Source: Tissierellales bacterium
GTDB taxonomy: Bacteria; Bacillota; Clostridia; Tissierellales; Tissierellaceae
Reading direction: 5' to 3'
NCBI GenBank assembly: GCA_014360205.1
Contig: JACIXZ010000001.1
Coordinates: 58,137-90,136 of the forward strand
DNA: 32,000 nt
Part shown: one piece after another, positions 6,343-16,390 of the stretch
Layout of the letters: each line of letters opens with the position of its first letter
Numbering within the stretch: the first letter of the stretch is position 1
Made by a program: the position numbers and the translations under genes
Notes under the pieces: generated by a model
Seen by the model: the letters and a program-made list of their open reading frames with translations, nothing else
Told to the model about the DNA's origin: nothing
The model's database searches: none

Positions 6343-8244
6343 ATGAAAAAATCTGTTTCATGGCTACTTATAATTACAATGCTTGTGCTTACTTTAGCAG
6401 GATGTTCTAATAGTAGTACAGGAGATTATGAGGATGTTTTTTATGGCACTTTTTCAGGGGAATATAAGACAATAAACCCATACGATTTATCTTCAGTTAC
6501 AGGTTATACAATAATTGCTAATACTATAGATGGGCTTGTGGAAAACGATAAATATGGCATGGTTGTACCATCTTTAGCTGAAAGTTGGACTAACAATGAA
6601 GACTATACAGTATGGACATTTAAATTAAGACCCGATGTATATTGGGTAGATAACAATGGTCAAAAGACAGAATACAAAGTTACAGCAGATGACTTTGTTG
6701 AAGGAATTAGATATATAGCTGATCCAAAGAATGCTGCAAAGAATTTCAGAATTATATCGAATGTAATTGAAGGAATTTCTGATTATTATTATAATTTAGC
6801 AGACATCGATGATGGTGTTGATATTGGGATGACTAGAGAGCAGGTAGAAAATTCATTTGAAGAAACAGTTGGAGTAAAAGCATTAGATGAATATACAGTA
6901 GAGTATTCTTTAGCTACTTCAACACCGTATTTTCTATCATATTTAGTCATGGAACTTTTTTATCCAGTAGAGAAAGAATTTCTAGATAAAGTAGGAGAGG
7001 ACTTTGCAACATCTAAAGAAACTTTGCTTTATAATGGTGGATATTACATATCTACATGGGAAAGAGATAAGCTCATAGTGCTTGCTAAGAATGAAAATTA
7101 TTGGGATAAGGACAATATAATAGTAAAAGAAATAAATTTGCAAAAAGTTGGAGATGAAATAACAGGGCTTGAAATGTTTCAAAGAGGAGAATTAACAAGC
7201 TGTTCTATATCTGCAGATCAATTGAAAGCTCTAAAAGGCACACAATGGGAAAAATATGTAAATTTAAAAGACAAGAATACTGTTACTTTTTGGTTTACAT
7301 TAAATTATCAATCTAAAAATCCAGAATATAAAACTTTTGTGAACAATTTAAATTTCAGAAAAGCATTGCTTCATGGAATAGATAGAGTAAAGATATCATC
7401 ACTTTATGAACCTAATCAGCCAGAATTCTTTATTAGAAACACAATTATTCCAGAAGAAACAGTATTTGATCCTAACGGTGTAGATTATACAGATTATCCA
7501 AACTTGAAACCATTCAAAGAAAACAATCCTTACGATCCAGAACTAGCTAAAGAGTATATGCTAAAAGCAATATCTGAGCTTTGTGATGATAGTGGAAATA
7601 TAAGAGGAGTTGAAGCTTCAGCAGTTGATATGGATAGGATAGCTAAATTCAATGTTGATGGGAAATTGCCAGTAGATATAGTTTTAGCAACTACCACTGA
7701 CCCCGTAGAAACTAAAAAAGCATTGTTAATCGCAGAAATGTTAAAACAAAATTTAGGAGAAGAAAATGTAAATGTAATAGTTGGATATGCTTCAACGAGT
7801 TTCCAAGACGAAGTTTTTAGTCCAATGAATTTTGACTTAGTAGATGATTCTTATAGTTTTAGATTTGCTGATCCTTCTGCAAATTTAGCACGATTAACCA
7901 CAGACGGTAGCTTAAATGAAGGAGGATATAATATTCCTGAATACGATAAATTAGTTGAAGAAGCTTCGTTGAAGAGCGATTTAGTAGAGAGATACACAAT
8001 ATTTTCAGAAGCGGAAAAATATATGTTAGATAACGTTATTATAATGCCATATATGACCGGTGGAGGGTCTTACTACATGAGCAAAGAAGTACCTTTCCAA
8101 ACTCCAAAGGGACAATTTGGATTAACTAAATATAAGATGAAAGGTGCTAAAATTCAGTCTGATCCAGTGACCAAAGAAGAGTATGAAAAATTGAAAGCAC
8201 AGCATGAAGAAGAGATAAAGAAATTATTCCAAGAAGGGAATTAG
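6343..8244 (+). CDS. Peptide/nickel-type (family 5) ABC substrate-binding lipoprotein
   Basis: Signal peptide with lipobox LTLAGC. OppA/DppA-family blocks are present (TIDGLVENDKYG..VPSLAESW, LAKNENYWDKD, FRKAL..GIDR). The RBS GAGGAGGG precedes the ATG. Confidence 0.9.
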   Translation: MKKSVSWLLIITMLVLTLAGCSNSSTGDYEDVFYGTFSGEYKTINPYDLSSVTGYTIIANTIDGLVENDKYGMVVPSLAESWTNNEDYTVWTFKLRPDVYWVDNNGQKTEYKVTADDFVEGIRYIADPKNAAKNFRIISNVIEGISDYYYNLADIDDGVDIGMTREQVENSFEETVGVKALDEYTVEYSLATSTPYFLSYLVMELFYPVEKEFLDKVGEDFATSKETLLYNGGYYISTWERDKLIVLAKNENYWDKDNIIVKEINLQKVGDEITGLEMFQRGELTSCSISADQLKALKGTQWEKYVNLKDKNTVTFWFTLNYQSKNPEYKTFVNNLNFRKALLHGIDRVKISSLYEPNQPEFFIRNTIIPEETVFDPNGVDYTDYPNLKPFKENNPYDPELAKEYMLKAISELCDDSGNIRGVEASAVDMDRIAKFNVDGKLPVDIVLATTTDPVETKKALLIAEMLKQNLGEENVNVIVGYASTSFQDEVFSPMNFDLVDDSYSFRFADPSANLARLTTDGSLNEGGYNIPEYDKLVEEASLKSDLVERYTIFSEAEKYMLDNVIIMPYMTGGGSYYMSKEVPFQTPKGQFGLTKYKMKGAKIQSDPVTKEEYEKLKAQHEEEIKKLFQEGN

Positions 8245-8245
8245 T

Positions 8246-9187
8246 ATGAAAAAATATATTGTCAAAAGATCGATTCAATCATTAATAACAATATGGATAG
8301 TAATATTTGTTGTATTCATGCTTCTTAGATTAATGCCTACTTCTGGTTATTTTACGCGAGATGACTATTTGACTATGACTGAAGAAATGAGGCAAGCTTA
8401 TTTAAAAAGCATAGGTGTATTGGATCCGCCTTTAACACAGTTTAAAAATTTCGTAATAAATCTTTTCCGTGGGGATTTAGGTAGAAGTATAACCGTTTAT
8501 CCAAAACTTAGCATTACCACCATTCTCAAAGAAAAAATTGGATATTCTGCAGCATTTGGATTTGCGAGCATTGTCATTAGCATGGGCATTGGTATACCGA
8601 TGGGTATACTAATGGCTCGCTATAAGGGAAAGTTAATTGATGATCTAGGAACATTCTATTCGGTAATTGTAAGAGCTGTACCAAGCTTAATATATCTTTT
8701 TCTATTTCAAGTTTGGGTATCTAAAATATTTGGCTTACCGATGCTTTTTTATAAAAACAGACCTGAATCATGGATATTACCCGCAATATCAATGTCGTTG
8801 TCAAGTATTGCTTGGTATGCTATTTGGCTTAGAAGATTTATGGTTGACGAAGCTAATAGAGACTATATAAAGTTTGCTCAAGCTAAAGGATTGTCAGAAA
8901 GCTATGTTATGAAAAATCATGTCCTTAGAAATGCTTTTGTACCAATAGCTATTGGGATACCATCAGATTTGCTATTAATTATTTCAGGTTCGCTAATTAT
9001 TGAAAACTTATATTCAATTCCAGGCATGGGAGGTTTGCTTATAGATTCAATAAAGCAGATGGACAATAATTTAGTGCAAGCACTTGTTTTGATTTATTCA
9101 GTTCTTTCGGTATTGGGTGTATTTTTAGGTGATTTATTGATAGTATTAGTAGACCCTAGAATAAGGCTAACAGAGAGTGAGGATTAA
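8246..9187 (+). CDS. ABC transporter permease (OppB/DppB/GsiC type)
   Basis: The N-terminus YIVKRSIQSLITIWIVIFVVF, six TM segments, and an EAA-like loop (DYIKFAQAKGLSESYVMKNHVLRNA). Confidence 0.9.
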   Translation: MKKYIVKRSIQSLITIWIVIFVVFMLLRLMPTSGYFTRDDYLTMTEEMRQAYLKSIGVLDPPLTQFKNFVINLFRGDLGRSITVYPKLSITTILKEKIGYSAAFGFASIVISMGIGIPMGILMARYKGKLIDDLGTFYSVIVRAVPSLIYLFLFQVWVSKIFGLPMLFYKNRPESWILPAISMSLSSIAWYAIWLRRFMVDEANRDYIKFAQAKGLSESYVMKNHVLRNAFVPIAIGIPSDLLLIISGSLIIENLYSIPGMGGLLIDSIKQMDNNLVQALVLIYSVLSVLGVFLGDLLIVLVDPRIRLTESED

Positions 9188-9190
9188 ATT

Positions 9191-10132
9191 ATGGATAAGA
9201 TGTATTATAACGGAATAGAATTAACTGATGACTTATTTGATAAAATACCGTTAGATGAACATTTATCAGAAGAAAGTGGGTACTCTAATTACTCATACTG
9301 GAGATCAACATTTAGGACCTTTTTTAAGAGCAAACTGAGCATCTTCTTAGTGGTGGTTATTTTGGCATTAAGCTTATTTAGTTTCCTATATCCTGTTTTT
9401 TCTAGCACTGATCCTCAACAAATTACATTAGATGTTGATAAATGGAATATGGGTCCAAACAGTGAAAATTGGTTTGGTACAGATGGACTAGGCAGAGATA
9501 TATGGGCAAGAACATGGTATGGGACTAGGAATTCTTTACTATTGGCCCTAGTTATAGCAGTAATAGAAGTAGGAGTTGGAAGCATAATTGGGGCTATATG
9601 GGGCTATGTAAGGAAAATGGACCGATTTATGATTGAACTTTATAATATTATAACTAACATACCTTCTACAGTTTATCTAATATTATTGTCTTATATACTC
9701 GAACCAAGTTTTACAACTATAGTTATAGCATTAGCATCGAGTGGATGGATAGTGGAAGCTAAATTTATGAGAAATAAAGTACTTTCTTTAAGAGAAAGTG
9801 AATATAATATTGCTTCACAGTGTTTAGGAACTCCATTAAGAAGAGTGGTTTCTAAAAATATCATTCCTCATCTTATAAGTTTAATAATCATGGAAGCAGC
9901 ATTGACAGTTCCTTATTCTATAGGTTCTGAAGTTTTCTTGGGATTCATTGGATTAGGATTACCATTGGATACTGTTACTTTAGGCAATATGGTAAATCAA
10001 GGTAGAGCTAATTTTATGCTCTATCCTTATCAAATGCTGTATCCAACAATTGTATTATGCATCATAACAATCTCATTTTATATTGTTGGGAACAAATTTG
10101 CTGATGCATCTGATCCTAAGAATCATGTGTAG
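9191..10132 (+). CDS. ABC transporter permease (OppC/DppC/GsiD type)
   Basis: [18 protein letters not shown] motif, TM core, and EAA-like loop ([24 protein letters not shown]). Confidence 0.9.
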   Translation: MDKMYYNGIELTDDLFDKIPLDEHLSEESGYSNYSYWRSTFRTFFKSKLSIFLVVVILALSLFSFLYPVFSSTDPQQITLDVDKWNMGPNSENWFGTDGLGRDIWARTWYGTRNSLLLALVIAVIEVGVGSIIGAIWGYVRKMDRFMIELYNIITNIPSTVYLILLSYILEPSFTTIVIALASSGWIVEAKFMRNKVLSLRESEYNIASQCLGTPLRRVVSKNIIPHLISLIIMEAALTVPYSIGSEVFLGFIGLGLPLDTVTLGNMVNQGRANFMLYPYQMLYPTIVLCIITISFYIVGNKFADASDPKNHV

Positions 10133-10140
10133 GAGGAAAT

Positions 10141-12141
10141 ATGGATACTAAAATATTAGAAGCTAAAAATATAGTTATTAAGTTTAATCTCAGAGGGAAA
10201 ATTTTAACGGCTGTTAGAAATTCCTCTCTAGATTTATACAAAGGAGAAACACTTGCAATAGTCGGAGAGAGCGGATCTGGCAAGAGTGTGTTTACAAAAT
10301 CTTTTGTTGGAATGTTAGACAAAAATGGTTGGATAGATGAAGGAGAGTTACTATATGATGGAAAAGATTTAGCGAAATTCAAAACAGAAAAAGAGTGGCT
10401 GTCTATAAGGGGAAAAAGAATTGCAATGGTATTTCAAGATCCTATGACTTCGCTTAACCCATTGAAAACTATCGGCGAGCAGATAAGAGAAGTAATAACT
10501 TGGCATAGGAACACTCCCAAAGATGAAGCAAAAAAAGAAGCTATCGAAATATTAAAAATGGTCGGAATAGATGATGCAGAAAAAAGATTTAAGCAATACC
10601 CTCATGAATTTTCTGGCGGGATGAGGCAAAGAGTAGTAATAGCAACAGCAATAGCATGTAGACCGGATATACTTATTTGTGATGAACCAACTACGGCTTT
10701 GGATGTAACCATACAAGCTCAGATCTTAAAGCTAATAAAAGATCTACAAAAAGAACTTAATATGACAGTTATTTATATAACTCATGACTTAGGGGTAGTA
10801 GCAAATGTGGCAGATAGAGTAGCCGTTATGTATGCAGGTCAAATAGTTGAATATGGACTTAGTAATGAAATATTCAAAGATCCAAAACATCCATATACAA
10901 AAGCATTATTATTATCATTGCCTCAACTTGGATTAAAAGGAGAAGATCTATTTTACATAAAAGGAACTCCTCCAAACCTCTATAGAGAAATTAAAGGTGA
11001 TGCATTTGCACTTAGAAATCCACACGCACTTAAGATAGATACTATGTACGAACCACCATTTTTCAAAGTATCTGAAACCCATTATGCAAAGACATGGTTA
11101 TTGCACGAAAAAGCCAATGACAATCTAGTTGTTGAAAAATTAGAACATAATGGGAAACAGAAAAAAGAACTCAACAAATACAATGAGAAAAAAGAAGTTT
11201 TAGTTTCATTGAGAAATGTTACTGTGAAATTTAAACTTGATGGCAAACAATTTAAAGCAGTTGAAGATGTTAGCTTTGATATATACAAAGGTGAAACTTT
11301 TTCATTAGTCGGAGAAAGTGGATCTGGGAAAACAACTATCGGAAGAGCCATCATGAAAATTCATCCTGTTTCAGAAGGGGAAATATATTTTAAAGATAAA
11401 TTAATCAGCAAAAAATTAAAAAAAGATGATATGAAGGCATTTAGACAGAGTGTGCAAATGATATTTCAAGACCCTATGGCTTCACTCAATGAAAGAGCAA
11501 AAGTAGACTACATTGTATCTGAAGGGTTGTATAACTTTAAACTTTATAACGATGAAGAAGATAGGAAAAGAAAAGTCGAAAAAGCTATGGAAGAAGTAGG
11601 ATTATTAAAAGACTTTTTAACTAGATTTCCACATGAATTTTCTGGTGGTCAGAGGCAAAGAATAGGGATAGCTAGAGCATTGGTTATGGAACCGGAATTT
11701 ATAATAGCTGATGAGCCTATTTCGGCTTTAGATGTATCAATAAGAGCTCAGATAATTAATTTGCTTAACAAATTAAAAGATGAAAAAGACTTAACATATT
11801 TGTTTATTGCTCACGATTTAAGTGTAGTAAAGTTTATATCTGATCGAATTGCAGTTATATACAAAGGACATATTGTAGAATTAGCCGATAGTGATGAGCT
11901 TTTTGAAAATCCTCTACATCCATACACTAAATCACTTTTATCTGCTGTTCCTATTCCTGACCCAGATCTAGAGAAAAATAAAAAAATATTGATTTACAAT
12001 CCAAAGATTCATGATTATTCTATCAACAAACCTAAATGGACTGAGATAAAAAAAGGACATTTCATATGGGCAAATGATAAAGAAATAGATCAATATAAAG
12101 TAGAGCTAGATAGAAATCAATATGATAAGGAGAAAAATTAA
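10141..12141 (+). CDS. Fused double-cassette ABC ATPase (OppD-OppF fusion, GsiA-like)
   Basis: Two complete cassettes lie in one 666-aa ORF. Cassette 1 has Walker A GESGSGKS, signature FSGGMRQR and Walker [13 protein letters not shown]. Cassette 2 has [16 protein letters not shown] and [12 protein letters not shown]. Each is followed by the oligopeptide-type C-terminal HPYT motif. Confidence 0.9.
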   Translation: MDTKILEAKNIVIKFNLRGKILTAVRNSSLDLYKGETLAIVGESGSGKSVFTKSFVGMLDKNGWIDEGELLYDGKDLAKFKTEKEWLSIRGKRIAMVFQDPMTSLNPLKTIGEQIREVITWHRNTPKDEAKKEAIEILKMVGIDDAEKRFKQYPHEFSGGMRQRVVIATAIACRPDILICDEPTTALDVTIQAQILKLIKDLQKELNMTVIYITHDLGVVANVADRVAVMYAGQIVEYGLSNEIFKDPKHPYTKALLLSLPQLGLKGEDLFYIKGTPPNLYREIKGDAFALRNPHALKIDTMYEPPFFKVSETHYAKTWLLHEKANDNLVVEKLEHNGKQKKELNKYNEKKEVLVSLRNVTVKFKLDGKQFKAVEDVSFDIYKGETFSLVGESGSGKTTIGRAIMKIHPVSEGEIYFKDKLISKKLKKDDMKAFRQSVQMIFQDPMASLNERAKVDYIVSEGLYNFKLYNDEEDRKRKVEKAMEEVGLLKDFLTRFPHEFSGGQRQRIGIARALVMEPEFIIADEPISALDVSIRAQIINLLNKLKDEKDLTYLFIAHDLSVVKFISDRIAVIYKGHIVELADSDELFENPLHPYTKSLLSAVPIPDPDLEKNKKILIYNPKIHDYSINKPKWTEIKKGHFIWANDKEIDQYKVELDRNQYDKEKN

Positions 12142-12998
12142 TGAAAGGTAAATTAGTTATTGCAGGCGGAAACTTAGAAGAAAGCGAATATAAAATTCAT
12201 AAATATTTTGTAGAGAATGCGTCTAAACATGGAAATAAAATTGCTATAGTTCCAACTGCATCTGGAAATGAACCAATTGAAACCATAGAACACGTTAAAT
12301 CGATTTGGAAAGGACTGGGGGTAGATGAAGATAATATTATAATAGTTCCAATATATGGTGACGAAGGTAGTTTTTGGCGAGATCCACCCCTTGGAGACGA
12401 TGACGAAATTGTCGATACTTTTGTTGACATAAATGGGTTCTGGTTTACAGGCGGAGACCAATACTATACTCACAAAGCTTTTATTAGGAAAAATGGGGAT
12501 GACACGAAAGCCCTTATGAAAATGAAAGAGATATATGAGACAGGAGGCATAATTGGGGGCACTAGTGCAGGAGCAGCAATAATGAGTAAAGTAATGATAG
12601 GTTCAGGGGATAACACTGATGTGCTAAAAGGTAGGATAAAATATGGCTATGATGATTATGATGAAGAAAATGATGACTATATGAGAATAGTAAAAGGATT
12701 AGGATTTTTTGAATTGGGCATAGTAGATCAACATTTTGATAAGCGAGCTAGGCTCCTTAGACTTGCTAGAGCAGTATTGGAATCTGATAATAAGACTTTA
12801 CTAGGATTTGGAGTATCTGAGGACACAGCATTGATATATGATAAGGACAAGGAGACTTTAGCAGTATTAGGGTCTGGTGCGGTTTTTATGCTAGATTCAA
12901 GGCGAACAAAAAACTGTAAAACAGATGAAAAATTTTCTTTTGAAAGAATAGAAGTAAGCATATTTAGAGATGGTGAACGAATAGAGCTTACACTATGA
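12141..12998 (+). CDS. cphB: Cyanophycinase-type S51 serine peptidase, with no signal peptide (predicted cytoplasmic)
   Basis: The ATG overlaps the ATPase stop (TAATG). LVIAGGNLEE..IAIVPTASG..FTGGDQ..GGTSAGAAIMS (nucleophile Ser)..VDQHF..RARL..RL..GVSEDTAL follows the cyanophycinase/S51 layout, and the length of 285 aa fits cyanophycinase better than PepE. Confidence 0.75.
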   Translation: MKGKLVIAGGNLEESEYKIHKYFVENASKHGNKIAIVPTASGNEPIETIEHVKSIWKGLGVDEDNIIIVPIYGDEGSFWRDPPLGDDDEIVDTFVDINGFWFTGGDQYYTHKAFIRKNGDDTKALMKMKEIYETGGIIGGTSAGAAIMSKVMIGSGDNTDVLKGRIKYGYDDYDEENDDYMRIVKGLGFFELGIVDQHFDKRARLLRLARAVLESDNKTLLGFGVSEDTALIYDKDKETLAVLGSGAVFMLDSRRTKNCKTDEKFSFERIEVSIFRDGERIELTL

Positions 12999-13001
12999 TT
13001 A

Positions 13002-13367
13002 TTAAATAAAGTTTGAAATAATTATTAGAATTATACCTGCAACAATATTACTAAGTATTGGTTCTCTTGTATTTTTTTCTGATTTGGCAGTAAATGAATC
13101 ATCTTCATACATGTTTAAAATACCTTTATTTTTAGGCTTTTTAAAGATTGATTTTATGGAAGATGACTTTGAAAACAATTTAAATAGTTTAAGACCATCT
13201 TCTGACAAATAATTAATCCAGCCAATAAGTAGGAGTAAGCCTCCTGAAAAACCAAACAAAATATTAAGCCTACTAAATTCAAAGAATAAGAGATTATCTA
13301 AGACATATATTAGAGCTGAGGATATAACTAATTTTAGAATTAGGTGTTTAATAAACATAAATCGCAT
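13002..13367 (-). CDS. Small hypothetical membrane protein (121 aa)
   Basis: Start chosen at the ATG at 13367 (MRFMFIKH...), preceded by GGAG. There are 3 predicted TM stretches and a basic central loop. The longer track start at 13460 would overlap the activator gene start. No family recognised. Confidence 0.5.
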   Translation of the reverse strand: MRFMFIKHLILKLVISSALIYVLDNLLFFEFSRLNILFGFSGGLLLLIGWINYLSEDGLKLFKLFSKSSSIKSIFKKPKNKGILNMYEDDSFTAKSEKNTREPILSNIVAGIILIIISNFI

Positions 13368-13381
13368 AATTTCATCTCCAA

Positions 13382-13390
13382 TGATATAAT
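13382..13390 (+). promoter_or_regulatory. Candidate extended -10 promoter (TGaTATAAT) for the activator-hydrolase unit
   Basis: TG at 13382-13383 and TATAAT at 13385-13390, about 57 nt upstream of the ATG at 13447. No convincing -35 element. Confidence 0.35.
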
Positions 13391-13446
13391 TATAAATTAT
13401 AGCATAAGCTAAAGCATTAAACAATTCTGAATGGATAGGTGATATT

Positions 13447-15486
13447 ATGCAAAAGAGCATAGTTTTGATAACAGGTTCTGGGAATACAAAAAAACATCTT
13501 TATAGTCAGCTTCGAGAGTTTATTCCTGAGTATATAACTATTAAAAGTTTGGCGATTGAAGAGAATGTCCCAAATGAAATAACTGCAGACTTAATGATAT
13601 ATTCAAGTGAAAATCTTGTAAATGAACTAAAAGAAAGAGGAATAAAGTTAAATTGTAAAGATTATATAATAAGCGAAAGAAGTATAAATTTTGATCATAT
13701 TGAACTGGTTGCAAATATTCCTCCCAAAACAGAAGTTTTACTAGTTAACGATGAGAAGGAAACTGCACAAAGTTCAATTGAAGACTTGATGGAGTTAGGA
13801 TTAAACCATATAAAATATTATCCATATTATCCAGGGATTGATAAATATAAAAAATTAAAAATTGCGATAACACCTGGAGAATCAGATAAAGTACCTGACT
13901 GTGTAGAAAAGGTAATAGATTTAGGACCTAGGATTATGGACATTAACACTCTTTACAAAATAATGGATAAATTAAATTTTGACAACAAAGATACAAGATT
14001 TTTTACTAAGAGATATATGCAAAAAATCATAAATGTATCAAAAAATATTTCTTTAGTCAATAATAACATAAACACTTTAAACACGTATCTTAACAATATA
14101 GTAAACAGTTTAGTTAACGGTATACTGGTAATCGATGAAAATGGGTACATCAAATACGCTAATGAACAGATGACCAAATTACTTTCTCCAGACAAAAGGA
14201 ATATTGAAAATAGAAATGTAAAGAACTTAGTTGATAAAGAAGTTTTAAAATACTTTATGAGTGCTGAGTTTTATGAAAATAAAGAAATAGAAATTGCAGG
14301 ACTTATTATAAAAGCATCAAAATTTAAGATTCCAAATAGTGATAATATTGTCATAACAACGAGTAAAGAAAAAAGAGCAAATTCTAAAAGCAAATATAGT
14401 CATGATTTACTCTTAAAAGGACATTTTGCAAAATATGATTTTGATGACATAATTGGGAAAAGTCCTCAAATAAACGAAGTTAAATTAACTGCATTGAAAC
14501 TTTCAAAGTCTGACTTAACAGTATTAATTGAAGGAGAAAGCGGTACAGGAAAAGAATTATTTGCATCGGCAATTCACAATACATCAAAACGAAAAGACGG
14601 ACCATTTTTAGCCGTTAATTTCAGTGCACTTCCTGATGAGTTGATTGAGTCTGAGCTTTTTGGATACGAAGAAGGAGCTTTCACTGGGGCAAAAAAAGGA
14701 GGGAAAATAGGATTATTTGAGTTAGCTGATGGAGGAACGATTTTTTTAGATGAAATTGGCGACATATCTTTAAAAGTACAGACTAAATTATTAAGGGTAC
14801 TACAAGAAAAGGAGATAATGCCGATTGGGGGAACAAACATTAAATCAGTTGATGTTAGAGTTATTGCAGCAACAAATAAAGATTTAAGGAAAATGGTAAA
14901 AGAAAAACAATTCAGATCTGATCTTTATTATAGATTAAAAATTGGATATATCAATTTACCACCTCTTAGACAAAGAGTTTCTGATATTAAAGATTTAGTC
15001 GAATATTTTATTTCAAAAGAAACATCTAAAAGAATAGATATTTCAAAAGAAGTGATTGAGGAATTTGAAAGCTATAAATGGCTAGGTAATGTAAGGGAAT
15101 TAGAGTCAACAATTAAATATATGCTAGCTGTAAGAACTAGTGAAATATTGACAATAGAGGATTTACCTGATAAGAAATTTTTCGAGGAAGAAATAGAAAA
15201 TTATGATTGCGAAGATGAATATGAATTCAAAATTCTTAGTGGAGAGATGTTAACTATATTGAATACAATTAAAAAATTAGAAGATAACAATTTAAATGCA
15301 AGCAGAGAAAAAATAACGAAGTTTTTGAATGATATTGGGATAAATATAACAGAAAATATGATAAGAACTAAACTCAATTATTTAGAAGAATATGGATATA
15401 TCACTAAAACTAGAGGAAAGAAAGGCACAGTCTTAACCAGAAAAGGATTGGCTTATTTGAATAGTATGATTATTGAAGGTGAATAA
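13447..15486 (+). CDS. Sigma-54-dependent transcriptional activator (N-terminal sensory region, PAS, AAA+ and a C-terminal winged-helix-like DNA-binding domain)
   Basis: Walker A GESGTGKELFA, ESELFGYEEGAFTGA (GAFTGA loop), GGTIFLDEIG, VRVIAATN, FRSDLYYRL, WLGNVRELE. A PAS-like segment (VNGILVIDENGYIKYANEQMTKLL) precedes the AAA+ core. Confidence 0.9.
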   Translation: MQKSIVLITGSGNTKKHLYSQLREFIPEYITIKSLAIEENVPNEITADLMIYSSENLVNELKERGIKLNCKDYIISERSINFDHIELVANIPPKTEVLLVNDEKETAQSSIEDLMELGLNHIKYYPYYPGIDKYKKLKIAITPGESDKVPDCVEKVIDLGPRIMDINTLYKIMDKLNFDNKDTRFFTKRYMQKIINVSKNISLVNNNINTLNTYLNNIVNSLVNGILVIDENGYIKYANEQMTKLLSPDKRNIENRNVKNLVDKEVLKYFMSAEFYENKEIEIAGLIIKASKFKIPNSDNIVITTSKEKRANSKSKYSHDLLLKGHFAKYDFDDIIGKSPQINEVKLTALKLSKSDLTVLIEGESGTGKELFASAIHNTSKRKDGPFLAVNFSALPDELIESELFGYEEGAFTGAKKGGKIGLFELADGGTIFLDEIGDISLKVQTKLLRVLQEKEIMPIGGTNIKSVDVRVIAATNKDLRKMVKEKQFRSDLYYRLKIGYINLPPLRQRVSDIKDLVEYFISKETSKRIDISKEVIEEFESYKWLGNVRELESTIKYMLAVRTSEILTIEDLPDKKFFEEEIENYDCEDEYEFKILSGEMLTILNTIKKLEDNNLNASREKITKFLNDIGINITENMIRTKLNYLEEYGYITKTRGKKGTVLTRKGLAYLNSMIIEGE

Positions 15487-15487
15487 A

Positions 15488-16363
15488 ATGAATATGAGAA
15501 AAATAATTGTAGAAGACAACCCTTCATTTGAGCAAGAAGTATATGAATTTGGGGAGAATCACCCTAAACTAATGATAACTGCTGGGATTCATGGAGATGA
15601 AGTAGCTGGGATATCTATAGCATATGAGTTGATTGAGTTTTTAAACAGTACAAAGCTTAAAAATGGGAGCATCAAGATTATGCCTAAGTGCAATCCAGTT
15701 GCAACTAGGGGATTTAGTAGAACTTCTTTTTATGATGAAGTGGATATGAATAGAATATTTCCTGGAAATGAAATAGATGGGGCAACTCATAAAGCTGCAA
15801 AAAATATTTGGGATGAAGCTTGTGATATGGATATAATAATTGATCTACATTGTGCAAATCAATATTCGATACCTTATATTCTATCAATATATGATAAATT
15901 TCCAAAGGCACTATCAGTTATAAATCATTTGCCACTAGATAATTTAGTTCAGTCGGCAGGGCTTAGAGGTCAATTCTTTGTTGAAAGCAATTACTTAAGG
16001 GAGCAAATTGCATTTATCATAGAAATTCCAAGTGGGTCGTCAAAAGGTGCAATTAACACTCATTTAGCGAAAAAGTGTTTTGAGGCCTTAAAAAATCTGC
16101 TAATAGCTCTTGACTTTATCGAAGGAAAAACCGTTAACAATCCACCCACATATTATGGAGAAATTTTTGAAATAAAAACACCTGCTTCTGGATTGTTTAA
16201 ACCAATAAAATCATCAGGAGATATGGTATATGAGGGGGAAATATTAGGGGAAATTGGTGATTTTAAATTAATAGCTGAAACTGATTTAAAGGTTCACAGC
16301 ATAATACCTGATTCTTTTGTATACAAAGGAGATTTCATATATTCATATATATTAAAAAAGTAA
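15488..16363 (+). CDS. Succinylglutamate desuccinylase/aspartoacylase (AstE/AspA, M14-like) family zinc hydrolase
   Basis: ATG at 15488 lies 7 nt after GAAGGTG (the track TTG at 15473 overlaps the upstream gene). Motifs are ITAGIHGDEVAG (His/Glu Zn ligands), NPVA..R....DMNRIFPG and IIIDLHCA (third Zn His). Confidence 0.8.
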   Translation: MNMRKIIVEDNPSFEQEVYEFGENHPKLMITAGIHGDEVAGISIAYELIEFLNSTKLKNGSIKIMPKCNPVATRGFSRTSFYDEVDMNRIFPGNEIDGATHKAAKNIWDEACDMDIIIDLHCANQYSIPYILSIYDKFPKALSVINHLPLDNLVQSAGLRGQFFVESNYLREQIAFIIEIPSGSSKGAINTHLAKKCFEALKNLLIALDFIEGKTVNNPPTYYGEIFEIKTPASGLFKPIKSSGDMVYEGEILGEIGDFKLIAETDLKVHSIIPDSFVYKGDFIYSYILKK

Positions 16364-16390
16364 ACTTAAAGCTACCTTTAGGAGGATAAC

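Noticed and set aside
10141-12141. The possibility that the 666-aa ATPase is an artefactual or frameshift fusion of separate oppD and oppF genes.
   Set aside because: The reading frame is continuous through a plausible charged linker (about 11100-11200) with no stop or RBS-ATG restart, and both cassettes are intact. Naturally fused double-cassette ATPases of this transporter family exist, such as E. coli GsiA.
13368-13460. The longer version of the minus-strand ORF (152 aa, start at 13460), which overlaps the start of the sigma-54 activator gene.
   Set aside because: The extension has no RBS and would occupy the whole divergent promoter region. The internal ATG at 13367 has a GGAG RBS and begins at the first TM segment.
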